A stretch of DNA of 64,000 bases from Rhodospirillales bacterium (lineage in GTDB: Bacteria; Pseudomonadota; Alphaproteobacteria; Bin95). Positions within the stretch are counted from its first letter, which is position 1, and each line of letters opens with the position of its first letter. The stretch is from the NCBI GenBank assembly GCA_038143065.1, contig JAYQLI010000035.1:1120001-1184000 (forward strand). The letters run 5' to 3'. The notes under the pieces are model-generated. The model was not told the DNA's origin. It saw only the letters and a list, made by a program, of their open reading frames with translations, and did not search any database. This document shows, piece after piece, positions 11,391 through 20,997 of this stretch. Made by a program: the position numbers and the translations under genes.

Positions 11391-11425
11391 CCCTGGCCGC
11401 CTAACAGCGGCCAGGGTTGTATTTT
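11391..11425 (+). terminator. Rho-independent terminator
   Basis: Perfect 10-bp stem CCCTGGCCGC / GCGGCCAGGG with a 6-nt loop, followed by TTGTATTTT; lies between convergent genes. Confidence 0.8.
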
Positions 11426-11441
11426 ATCAGAAAGTCTAAAG

Positions 11442-12065
11442 TTAATCTGGTGGCCACTTACCACGGAATGGCTGTATCAGAGCTCGCTCAATCATTTCCA
11501 AGCGATCCTGACCATAAAACATATCTCCATCTACAAAGTATGTCGGAGACCCAAAAACTGAGCGCGAAATCGCTTCCTCTGTATTTTTTTCATACAGCAA
11601 GCGTGTAGCTGGAGCATTTGCTAGTTCCATTATCTCTTCTGGATTCAGGCCTGCACTTTTTATTAGCTCTAAGATCAAAGCTTGATCTGCTAGATCACCA
11701 TTATCACGCCAATGCGCCTCTAAAAAACTGTGTGAAAGTTGATCTGCCGATGCAAGCGTCTGAGCTGCTATAATACAACACGCAGCTTTGGTGACATCAT
11801 TCCAGTGGTGTGAAGGCATACCATCTAACACAGGAGCATTTCTGTATTCCGACCATCTTTGGATCTCGCGTCCAAAAAAGTAATTTCTATGCTCATTGGT
11901 TCGTTCTCTGGTGGGCGAGGAACCCGAGCCTGCAACCACAGCTTCGAAATTAAATGGCCTATGAACTATTTCGCGTTTTGCAGCCTTAGCAATTTCTAAA
12001 AATTTCGAAGATCCTAGATATGCGTAAGCACTGTGAGGAACATAAAAATATTCAATGAAAGACAT
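11442..12065 (-). CDS. 2-hydroxychromene-2-carboxylate isomerase / GST-kappa (DsbA family)
   Basis: IEYFY..HSAYAYLG, REIQRW, NTEEAISRSVFGSPTYFVDGDMFYGQDRL. Confidence 0.88.
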   Translation of the reverse strand: MSFIEYFYVPHSAYAYLGSSKFLEIAKAAKREIVHRPFNFEAVVAGSGSSPTRERTNEHRNYFFGREIQRWSEYRNAPVLDGMPSHHWNDVTKAACCIIAAQTLASADQLSHSFLEAHWRDNGDLADQALILELIKSAGLNPEEIMELANAPATRLLYEKNTEEAISRSVFGSPTYFVDGDMFYGQDRLEMIERALIQPFRGKWPPD

Positions 12066-12175
12066 ATGGAGACCGCCCCCCATTAAAAATTGATTTAAGA
12101 CCAACTAGCATTCACGCAGTTTTATCTCAAAAATCTTATTAGTTAGCGCTTTAGCAAAATCATAGCTATTTCGCC

Positions 12176-13072
12176 CTAGGCGGCTGCTACCTGTGTGGCG
12201 GTCATAGCCTCCCCCGCATTTGTAGTTCGGCGCATATCACGAACTTCTGAAGTGTCCTCAAATGGCCTAGCCCGATGCATTGTCTGCCGATTATCCCACA
12301 TGACCAAATCACCAGCACACCATTTATGTGCATAAACGAATTGACTCTGCGTTGCATGCTCATTGAGATCACGAAGGAAAATTCGTGCCTCAGGAGTAGG
12401 CCAACCAACTATCCGACCTGCATGAGCCGAGAGATACAAGGACTTTCGGCCCGATTTTGGATGAACTCGAACAAGAGATTGCCGCACTGGCGCAAAACCC
12501 TGCTTCTCCTCCTCGGTTAAATCATCATCAAATCCAAGCGATCCCCTTGAAAATAATAAGGAATGTTCGCACACAATTTCTTCAATCTTCTCTTTAATTC
12601 GCAGATCAAGGGCATCATATGCTGCTCGCATATCTGCAAATTCGGTGTTTCCACCTTGCGATGGGCATATTCTGCCTGAAAGCAAAGAATACTTTGCAGG
12701 GGTAGCTCGGAATGACGAGTCAGAATGCCAAAGCTGATTTCCAAGATTGAATAGCCTCTGTCTATCATTCCGTCCTAGAGGCTGATGCTCTTTATTCAAA
12801 TTCGAAATATCTGCCATGTCCGCCCGAATTCGACGGTCCTTATCCTGAGTAATATTAGACTTTCGATCCGGACGCTCGATTGCACCAAAATTAAGACTAA
12901 ATTCTAGTTGCTGCTCATCAGTAATATTTTGACCGTGAAATACCAATACAGCGAGGCGATCCATACCTTGGTCGATAGCTAAAACATCCTCTTGCGCCAG
13001 GGGCTTTGAGAGATCAGCACCTATTACTTCTCCCACAAAACCTGGCATCAATTCACGAATTTGTATGCTCAT
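12176..13072 (-). CDS. TauD/TfdA family Fe(II)/2-oxoglutarate dioxygenase (TfdA-like)
   Basis: GNQLWHSDSSF (HxD), GGNTEFADMRAAYD, WDNRQTMHR, RDMRR. Confidence 0.92.
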   Translation of the reverse strand: MSIQIRELMPGFVGEVIGADLSKPLAQEDVLAIDQGMDRLAVLVFHGQNITDEQQLEFSLNFGAIERPDRKSNITQDKDRRIRADMADISNLNKEHQPLGRNDRQRLFNLGNQLWHSDSSFRATPAKYSLLSGRICPSQGGNTEFADMRAAYDALDLRIKEKIEEIVCEHSLLFSRGSLGFDDDLTEEEKQGFAPVRQSLVRVHPKSGRKSLYLSAHAGRIVGWPTPEARIFLRDLNEHATQSQFVYAHKWCAGDLVMWDNRQTMHRARPFEDTSEVRDMRRTTNAGEAMTATQVAAA

Positions 13073-13088
13073 TCATTATGACTCCATG

Positions 13089-14236
13089 TTAGGCAGGTGC
13101 GAAGACATCTTCATGCTTTTCACCTCGCACCTCCGCGGCTCCAGCCGGTGTTACAACACCTTGAAACGCGGGGTCATACTTCAGTGTTGGCAAGCATTGT
13201 TGAGCGAAAGTTCGAATATTCCTTTCTGCTCTCTCGTGGGCCATACCTCCAAAGGAAAATTCACCAACGAGATGGCCTAATCCAGTGAGCCGGCGAAGTT
13301 CCGCAATTTGCTCCAAACAGTCCTTGGGCGTTCCTACCACTTGAATTGACACATAAAATTCATTGGCTGATTTTCTGAACCCAGGATCTTTCATCTTGGA
13401 ATATGTCTTCGCCATTTTCCCGTAGGACTCGTAACCCTTAACTTTTGCGAGTCCACCATCAGAAAATTTGTAATGGTTTTCGATTGAATCCCATTTTGCA
13501 CCCAAGTATTGCTGAGCAAGCTCTACAGCTTCGTCTCGGCTCTCTGCACAAGCAATGTTAGATGAAACAATCGCAGGAACCGGGGTATGTCCAGCGTCAA
13601 TCTGTATTTCTCGAAACTTCAACACGTCTTGAGCTGCCTTGGACCACTCATTTTGCATGATCACCAACATTCCAAAACCCATTTTAGCAATAAGTTCGGC
13701 TGACTCCGGACTTACCGATGATGCATAGAAGCGAGTTTCAGGGTTTGAAATTGGTCGAGGTCTAATAGACATTTTTGGAATTTTAAAAAACTCACCATCA
13801 TGCTCGAAAACCTCATCACGGAGAGCTTTAACCACAATCTGTGCGGCCTCCGCAAATCGCGGACGAGCCTCATCCATTGGAACACGAAAACCCTCGTACT
13901 CGACCCTTGCCGCTCCACGGCCAAACCCAAAAGACAGCGCCCACCGCACATTATATCTAACTGAGCAATCATCTCAGCCACTCGGACAGGATCATGCCAA
14001 GGTAACACAATAACCCCTGTTCCAAGCTTCACTCTTTTTGTCCGGCCTGCAAAGTAAGCAAGAAGTTGCGTAGGCTGCGGTGACATTGAATAACCAGTAA
14101 AATGGTGTTCCAGCGCAAAGATAGAATCAAAGCCCAATGGCTCTACCAAATCTCCGATTGCGAGATGGTTGCGCATGACAGACGCATCAGTGCGTCCCTC
14201 CTGCTGCAGCATATTCAGCGACACCCCAACTTCCAT
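13089..14236 (-). CDS. LLM-class flavin-dependent monooxygenase; frameshift near 13930
   Basis: GFDSIFALEHHF, LPWHDPVRVAE, GRCL / GFGRG, RPRP, VGTPKDC; ORFs 13712..14251 and 13089..13949 join in a T run. Confidence 0.87.
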
Positions 14237-14556
14237 CCCTTGGCTCCTCAATCACTTGTCAAATTTTAACATGCAAAATTTTGCAGACATAAATGACAGA
14301 GGTCAAAGAAAAATTATATGGTTTGTCTAGTCAGCAGTGCCTTTAAGGCATTTTTCAAAGATGGGATTTATTGGTTCTTCTTAGCTTTGAAAATTAACTC
14401 TCGCCACTAATAAAAGATAAAGCATCCCATACAAGATATTTATCTTTTTTTATTTTAAAATAATGTTTTATAATTTTTTATTAATTATAATTGTAAATTA
14501 AATAATCACTTATTTGTTAAAATTTTATTACTGCGACTGGACGCCGCGATCTTTCG

Positions 14557-14590
14557 TTGACTAAGAAGGTTCCATGAATATACTGCCGCG
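14557..14590 (+). promoter_or_regulatory. Sigma70-type promoter of dksA
   Basis: TTGACT (14557-14562), 16 nt, TATACT (14579-14584), then GC-rich GCCGCG; AT-rich sequence upstream. Confidence 0.65.
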
Positions 14591-14620
14591 ATAAAAATCC
14601 GACTAGGGGGAAACGTAAAA

Positions 14621-15037
14621 ATGGCAATAACACTGCCACCGGATTATAAACCAAATGATAAAGAAGAGTTTATGAACCCATTGCAAACAGAGTATTTTCG
14701 AAAAAAATTGGCCGATTGGAGAGAGCAACTCCTTAACGAATCGAATGGGACCATAAACACTCTTAAAACCAGTACAGTTGCAGCAGCTGATGCAACGGAT
14801 AGAGCATCGGTGGAATCTAATCGAGCTCTGGAACTCAGAACACGCGATCGCTCAAGAAAACTTATAAACAAAATTAATGAAGCGTTGAGCCGTATCGAAG
14901 ACGGATCTTACGGCTTCTGCGATATGACATCTGAACCAATTGGCGTTCGTCGGTTGGAAGCTCGCCCTATCGCCACTCTTTCGATAGAGGCGCAGGAGAT
15001 GCATGAAAGAGCTGAGCGACAGTTTCGCGACGACTAA
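14621..15037 (+). CDS. dksA: RNA polymerase-binding transcription factor DksA
   Basis: YKP..EEFMN..Q.EYFRKKL, coiled-coil tip DATDRAS, ELRTRDR, YGFCDMTSEPIGVRRLEARP. Confidence 0.95.
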   Translation: MAITLPPDYKPNDKEEFMNPLQTEYFRKKLADWREQLLNESNGTINTLKTSTVAAADATDRASVESNRALELRTRDRSRKLINKINEALSRIEDGSYGFCDMTSEPIGVRRLEARPIATLSIEAQEMHERAERQFRDD

Positions 15038-15077
15038 TTCGACGCGCTTTTTGCGCCTTCTTTTCTGCGATTAGAGC

Positions 15078-15109
15078 CGAATAAGGCCAACAAAAATTGG
15101 TCTTATTCG
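15078..15109. terminator. Hairpin between convergent dksA and ABC permease
   Basis: CGAATAAGGCCAA / TTGGTCTTATTCG, 13-bp stem with one G-U pair and a 6-nt loop. Confidence 0.5.
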
Positions 15110-15912
15110 CCACTCTGTAGCAATCGCCCTCCAACACGAGCTGAATTGAAGGCTCTTACAAATAAGACCATAGCCAGTGCAATCATTGCCAAATTAAGTC
15201 CAGCAGCCCACAAGAAGTGGTCCCAGGCAAAATAGCCATCCAATAAAACCGAGCGCATCCCCTCAAAAACGTGCGCCGATGGCAAAAAGAGAGCAACATA
15301 TTCCAGCCAGGTTGGTAGAATTTCCACCGGATAATAAACGGCTGAAACCGGCGCAAGAGCAAAAACAGAGACCCAGGCAAGGCTCTCCGCACCAAGTCCA
15401 AACCTCAACAACATCGCACAAACGGCAATACCAATGGCCCAGCTGAAGGCCATTAAAAGACCAAAAAACGCCACTAGTGATAGACCCATTGATGTAATAT
15501 CAAATTGATATAAAGCCCAGGCTATCAGCGTAGCAGGCGACAAACCTATAATGGTTCGAAGCAAGCTGACGGCCATTAGTGATGCGGCCAATTCTTGGGG
15601 CCGCAATGGCGACACAAACATCTGTCCAAGGTTTCTTGACCAAAGTTCCTCCAGAAAAGAAACAGATACACCAAGTTGGCCTCTAAACAGCACATCCCAT
15701 AGCAATACTCCTGCCAGCAAAAGTCCTCCTGCTTGAGCAATGAGGCTAGAATGTTGCTGAAAGTATTGAGTAATGAATCCCCAGAGCATTATCTGCATCA
15801 CAGGCCAATACGCTAACTCTATTATCCGAGGAATCGAGCCCCGATAAAGATAATAGTGGCGGAGAATAATACCTACTACACGGCCCCGCGCATCATATCG
15901 ACGCTCAATCAT
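15103..15912 (-). CDS. ABC-2 type exporter permease
   Basis: Multiple hydrophobic segments; SFLEELWSRNL, VSPLRP, YYPVEILP.WL, LPSAHVFEGMR. Confidence 0.88.
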   Translation of the reverse strand: MIERRYDARGRVVGIILRHYYLYRGSIPRIIELAYWPVMQIMLWGFITQYFQQHSSLIAQAGGLLLAGVLLWDVLFRGQLGVSVSFLEELWSRNLGQMFVSPLRPQELAASLMAVSLLRTIIGLSPATLIAWALYQFDITSMGLSLVAFFGLLMAFSWAIGIAVCAMLLRFGLGAESLAWVSVFALAPVSAVYYPVEILPTWLEYVALFLPSAHVFEGMRSVLLDGYFAWDHFLWAAGLNLAMIALAMVLFVRAFNSARVGGRLLQSGE

Positions 15913-16670
15913 TTTGAGGCTACCTCGCTTTGCTTTCTAGCTATATCAAGAAAAACCTCTTCCAGATTTTGTCTGCCGTGTCGGGTAATTAATTCTGATG
16001 GAGCGCCATGATCAACAATCATGCCCCCTCGCATCATCAATACCTCATCACAAAGTCGCTCAACTTCTGGCATGTTGTGTGAGGCTAGCAAAATCGCCGC
16101 CCCTGTATTTTTCTGATAGTCTTGTAAGTAAGTGCGGATCCAATCAGCTGTATCTGGATCTAGACTTGCCGTTGGCTCGTCAAGCAATAGAAACTCAGGC
16201 TCATTAATAAGGGATTTAGCCAGCGCTGACCTTGACTTCTGCCCAGCGGAAAGGGTTCGGGTCATTCTATGAAGGAAGCTCTCAAGGTCGAGATCCCTGG
16301 CAAGCTCTGCAATACGTTCGTTAGCATGAACAACACCAAAAAGTTGGGCGTAAACTTTTAAATTCTCTTCCACCGTAAGCCGACCAGGCATTTCCACATA
16401 AGGTGAAGAGAAGTTTATCCTAGCAAGTGCAGAAGCACTTCTTTTACTCGCGTCCTCCCCAAAAATACGGGCCTCTCCAGCTGATGGAATGACTAACCCC
16501 ATAAGAAGCGACATAGTAGTCGTTTTACCCGCACCATTCCCGCCCAGAAGACCAACAACGCTTCCTTTTTTGACAGAAAAATTGATACCATCTACCGCTA
16601 TCACATCGCCAAATCGCTTAGTGAGATCCTCTGCTTCAACAGGTACATCTGAAACCATTTTATTATCCAA
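15909..16670 (-). CDS. ABC transporter ATP-binding subunit
   Basis: Walker A GGNGAGKTT, signature LSAGQ, Walker B LLLDEP, H-loop SHN. Confidence 0.93.
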   Translation of the reverse strand: MDNKMVSDVPVEAEDLTKRFGDVIAVDGINFSVKKGSVVGLLGGNGAGKTTTMSLLMGLVIPSAGEARIFGEDASKRSASALARINFSSPYVEMPGRLTVEENLKVYAQLFGVVHANERIAELARDLDLESFLHRMTRTLSAGQKSRSALAKSLINEPEFLLLDEPTASLDPDTADWIRTYLQDYQKNTGAAILLASHNMPEVERLCDEVLMMRGGMIVDHGAPSELITRHGRQNLEEVFLDIARKQSEVASK

Positions 16671-16755
16671 GAAAACAAGGGATTGAGTAAAGCTTATGAC
16701 TTTTTACATTACAAAATTAGTGCATTGCGACAACAGACGACAAGTCTTTGAAGCA

Positions 16756-16770
16756 TTAATAGTAAGTTAA
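16756..16770. promoter_or_regulatory. CtrA-type box TTAA-N7-TTAA
   Basis: TTAA-TAGTAAG-TTAA matches the consensus exactly, in a divergent intergenic region. The AT-rich context makes a chance match possible. Confidence 0.45.
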
Positions 16771-17041
16771 TTGGTTGTGAAAGTTTCTACGAGCCATCCT
16801 TGCCAAAAAAATTTTAAATAAACAAGACAATAAAAAATATATAATGTGAAACTTTAAAAACTTTATTTTTACATCGAGTAAGTATAGATAATTTTATTTT
16901 GCGCCTAATAATGTCTTCTCTAAATAATAGGTCTAATTTTCATGCGCCCAGTAAATGCACCTTAATGTTTTTGCTTGGATTTGATAAACTCATTTTGTAT
17001 TACCTATCATAACTTTTTGAGAAGAGAGTAAAGCAAAGTCT

Positions 17042-17770
17042 ATGGCTATGGGTTTACGAGCAGGTCGACGAAAGCAACGGCGCAAACAACAATTGTTTAT
17101 TTTAAAGTTTTCTGCACTTCTTATCGGGCTGGTAATGTTGGGATTTTTTGCCTACGAAACTGGAACTGCATTTGCTCAACGAGAGGTAAAAAGCCTTCGA
17201 AAAGAAGTAGCCGCGCTCAAAATACAATTGAACGGTGTAGACTCTGAAAACCAAAACCTGGCCGCTCAACTTAGAGGAGCAAAAGATCAAGTTGCGGATT
17301 GGAATGCACGATATGAAAAAGACGTGCCTAGTGGGGAAGCCAAAAACCTTTTCAATAACTTGACCCGCAGACTAGATGAAGGGGTACCGGCAAAGAGGTT
17401 AAACTTCATTATTCAAGAAGCTGACGCGTTTGGAAAATGTTCTAATCAACCGGCTGAAAGACGCTTTATTTTACCGACAGATGAAAAGCGAAACGATAAC
17501 AACTGGGTTAGCTTTGCTAATACCTCAATAGTCATTACTGGACAGGGCTTTCCAGCTACAGACGTCGATGGACGTGCTCGACCATGGTTTGATCCAAAGC
17601 GCGAAATCAGCATGAAGTTCACCCGTTTGGGTGGAAAGACGGATGAAATTAAAGGCTTACTGCCTCTAAGCAAAAGTGTTTTGTTAGGGGAAACAGAATG
17701 GCGCTTTAATGTTGTCTCTGGCCCGCGAGGCTTTGTGATAGTTTCTGGTGATGCGTGTAAATATCCATAA
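17042..17770 (+). CDS. Uncharacterized single-pass membrane protein with coiled coil and C-terminal beta-rich domain
   Basis: Basic N-terminus RRKQRRK, one hydrophobic helix, heptad-like segment, then a beta-strand-like domain bracketed by two Cys. Confidence 0.8.
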   Translation: MAMGLRAGRRKQRRKQQLFILKFSALLIGLVMLGFFAYETGTAFAQREVKSLRKEVAALKIQLNGVDSENQNLAAQLRGAKDQVADWNARYEKDVPSGEAKNLFNNLTRRLDEGVPAKRLNFIIQEADAFGKCSNQPAERRFILPTDEKRNDNNWVSFANTSIVITGQGFPATDVDGRARPWFDPKREISMKFTRLGGKTDEIKGLLPLSKSVLLGETEWRFNVVSGPRGFVIVSGDACKYP

Positions 17771-17825
17771 AACCTTTAATCACTTAACATAATTAAAATC
17801 CCAGCAGTCTTTCAGGGAGAGTTAA

Positions 17826-18494
17826 ATGGAACTCAATGACGTAATGCAAACCACGTTCGCAGCTCGTGAGTTTACGGATGATCCACTATCAGACGACGTT
17901 TTGTTTGAAATTCTTGATATTGCTCGTTTTGCTCCATCAGGTGGAAATCGCCAAGGGAACAGAGTGATTATTATTCGCGATCAAGATACTAAGATAGCTC
18001 TTTCTGATCTAGCTCGCCCAGCTGCAAAACGGTATACGGCCCAAATAAAGGCTGGCGAAAGTCCATGGCAATCAGTCTATCCAACTAAAGTAACAGAGGC
18101 TGAAATTGAGGCCACAGAGCCGTCTCATCACTTAACTCAGTCTTTTATTCGCGCTCAGGTTGTATTGGTTTTTGTTGTTGATTTAGGCAAAGTTGCTTCG
18201 ATGGATCAATTTTTGGACCGCGTTGGTGTGATCAGTGGCGCGTCTATTTATCCCTTTGTCTGGAACACGTTGATGGCCGCCCGCCAGGCAGGTTTTGGAG
18301 GCACAATCACTACACTCGCAGCTGCTCAAGAACCGAAAGTTCAAAAGCTACTGAATATTCCGGAAGAATTTGCCGTAGCGGCTGTAGTTCCAATGGGGAA
18401 ACCCATAAAGCAACTGTCGAAGTTAAGGCGCAACGCAGTAGACGAAATTACGACTTTAGAGACTTTCGACGGAGCAAAATTCAGAACAATTTAA
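17826..18494 (+). CDS. Nitroreductase family protein
   Basis: AAREFTDDP, ARFAPSGGNRQ, GASIYP, VPMGKP; RBS GGGAG. Confidence 0.9.
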   Translation: MELNDVMQTTFAAREFTDDPLSDDVLFEILDIARFAPSGGNRQGNRVIIIRDQDTKIALSDLARPAAKRYTAQIKAGESPWQSVYPTKVTEAEIEATEPSHHLTQSFIRAQVVLVFVVDLGKVASMDQFLDRVGVISGASIYPFVWNTLMAARQAGFGGTITTLAAAQEPKVQKLLNIPEEFAVAAVVPMGKPIKQLSKLRRNAVDEITTLETFDGAKFRTI

Positions 18495-19300
18495 CTTCCA
18501 ATCTTGAGTGTTTCCGTCAGCCCTTTGAGGCAAGTAATAACACTCAACGCTGTATTTTTTCCGGTTCTCGGGTTCTCATCCGAGGGAACATTAGCAATTT
18601 CCAGCAAAAAGCGGCAGCTATCTGCTTCGACTAAAATCCTGTGCATGTTGCGGTCCACCTCAGGGTCGGCCCAGATTTCAAGCGTTGTCCTGTCAGGTCC
18701 AATGCCTGCCAGAGCCAACGCAGCAGCAACGTTTACATTCGCTGGAAAGCCAACAGCACCCTCTCGTGCAGAACCCTTAAATACAAGTTTTGCTTCTTTC
18801 AGACCATCAACTGAAATGTTGTTCTCCACTAGATGAGGAGCACCCTTCAACCCATTTGGAGGCTTTCGAGTAATCATATTCACAGAGTAGATTTCACCCT
18901 CGGCTGCGGCACGAACTGCATCAAGTCCAAGAAGCGCACCTGTAGGGGCTATTATTCTCGCACCGGTTTTTTTTGCTCTCAGGATAAGTTCTGGTCGAGG
19001 CAATAATTGACCAACGCTTGTTGGCACAAAAATACGGCCACGGTTGATGGCCGGATCAGCTATATCATCAAACACATCAGACGGCAGACCTTCCACAACT
19101 ATATCGCAATCTGAAAGTTCGGCGAGGCCAACTATCGGAACGGGGCGTCCAAAACTCGCCATTTTTTCTTTTGCTTTCTCGTGATCACGCACCGAAATGT
19201 ACTTTAATTCCAAACCTTCAATGCCATCATCGAGAGCTTCAGCAACTTTTTGTCCGACAGCACCAAATCCTCCAATACCAACAGTAAGTTTCTTATCCAT
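18491..19300 (-). CDS. nadX: L-aspartate dehydrogenase family protein
   Basis: GIGGFGAVG, PTGALLGLD, TRKPP, FKGSAREG, FPANVNVA, NMH, ENPRTG. Confidence 0.85.
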   Translation of the reverse strand: MDKKLTVGIGGFGAVGQKVAEALDDGIEGLELKYISVRDHEKAKEKMASFGRPVPIVGLAELSDCDIVVEGLPSDVFDDIADPAINRGRIFVPTSVGQLLPRPELILRAKKTGARIIAPTGALLGLDAVRAAAEGEIYSVNMITRKPPNGLKGAPHLVENNISVDGLKEAKLVFKGSAREGAVGFPANVNVAAALALAGIGPDRTTLEIWADPEVDRNMHRILVEADSCRFLLEIANVPSDENPRTGKNTALSVITCLKGLTETLKIGS

Positions 19301-19302
19301 GT

Positions 19303-20302
19303 TTAGTCTCCAGGTCGGACTACGATTGTGCCAAACTTTTCACCAGCTTCAACTGCTTCATGAGAAGCAGCAATTTCTTCCAAAACAAACTTTCCGCCGA
19401 CAGGCCGCATAAGATTAGGCTGCTCTTCCAACCAGGCATTCACACCCCAGCGCGCTCGATCCAAAACATGGCTGGGTAAGGAATTTAAAATAAAGGGTAT
19501 GAAACGGATGTTTCGGCTTGCAAATTCTTGGAAAGCAATCTGGGGATGTTTTTGCGTATCAGAGGCATAGGAAGAGATAGAGCCATTCATAGCAACCACT
19601 TGGGTTGCCCAGCGAAGATCTCCTCCAAAATCTACTGAAACAAGGCGTTCAACCCCTCTGCCATCAGTAAGTTCATTGACACGGGATGCAACATCTTCGG
19701 ACTTATAGTTGATTGTTGCATATGCTCCTCCAGCCATTGCTCTTGCAGCTTTCTCTGGCGAACTGACAGTGGCTATCACTTGAGCCCCTCCCCACGCCGC
19801 AAGCGCGACTGAATACCAGCCAACTGCACCCGCACCTCCCGAAACTAACACTGTCTTTCCTTTGACAGCACCGTCGGAAAATACGCCATGGAATGCGGTC
19901 ATTGCTGGTATTCCAAGAGTTGCACCTTCATCAAAGCTTATATGCCTGGGGAGATCCGTAACAAATTTCGATGGCAAGGATATAAGCTCGGCTGCCGTAC
20001 CATATGCCCTACCCAACCTTTGACCATTGAAAAGCCAAACCCTTCGACCCAGCCATGACGGCTGAGCGTTTTCACCGATACCAACAACAACTCCAGCCCC
20101 ATCACTATTTGGGATCACGCGGGAATGCTCCAGTCTGAGAGTAAGAACCAAGTCCCGCGCGGCGTTTTACATCTGCAGGATTAACGCCAGAGGCTAAAAG
20201 GCGGATTAGAAGCTCGCCAGAACTAGGAACAGGATCAGGTATTTCGCCCAGCTCTAAGACTTCTGATGCCGGGCCAAGACGTTGGTACCAAGCTGCTCTC
20301 AT
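19303..20302 (-). CDS. NADPH:quinone oxidoreductase (zeta-crystallin/MDR family); frameshift near 20150
   Basis: MRAAWY..GPA.EVL, ASGVNPADVK.RAG / PNSDGAGVV, GIPAMTA, SGGAGAVG. Confidence 0.88.
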
Positions 20303-20359
20303 ATCACCTCCTGACTTTTTTTGATTATAGTGGGTTAAAAATTGAAGTGGAGCAGAGAT

Positions 20360-20764
20360 ATGCGCGTACATGGTTCATGCCACTGTGGAGCGATACAATA
20401 CGAAGCTAAAATTGACACTGAGGCCGCTATGATATGCCACTGCACTGATTGCCAAACTCTTTCCGCCACTGCATTCCGCGTTAATGCTCCAGCAAGTGCA
20501 GAAGATTTTAAGTTAACCAAAGGTGTCCCAAAAGAATATGTAAAAATTGGAGAAAGTGGCAGACCACGCGCTCAAGGTTTTTGCTCAAACTGTGGGACGC
20601 AAATATATGCAACATCAGCGGAAGGAGATCGCAGCACTTTCATGTTGAGAGTTGGCGCCATGAAAGAACGATCTCGAGTCATTCCAAAGATCCAGTCCTG
20701 GAATCAGTCAGCCCTTAAATGGATAAGGAACCTACAAACAATACCCACTCAAGAAAAAGGCTAA
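20360..20764 (+). CDS. GFA / CENP-V family Zn-binding protein
   Basis: GSCHCG, CHCTDCQ, FCSNCGT. Confidence 0.9.
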   Translation: MRVHGSCHCGAIQYEAKIDTEAAMICHCTDCQTLSATAFRVNAPASAEDFKLTKGVPKEYVKIGESGRPRAQGFCSNCGTQIYATSAEGDRSTFMLRVGAMKERSRVIPKIQSWNQSALKWIRNLQTIPTQEKG

Positions 20765-20997
20765 ACATTCGGATTATCATCACGCTTAGAAATGCCAGAA
20801 TTGGAGATTAATGTTGACTTAAAAATCGATCACAAACCAATTCTGGTGTTTCAACTTCGCCCATCTCGCAGCAGACAATTTAAGATCCAGGCAGAAAAAT
20901 ACTGACGCGCTACAATAAGGTCCCTTAAGTTAAACAAAGCCTAAGTCTATTATGTGGCTGTGTGCGACCAGCGCTGTTTTAGAAAAGGAAAAAGTCA

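Noticed and set aside
18491-19300. Aspartate dehydrogenase outside a nad operon as a novelty
   Set aside because: Unlinked NadX-family genes are common in Proteobacteria; nothing in the sequence suggests a new role.
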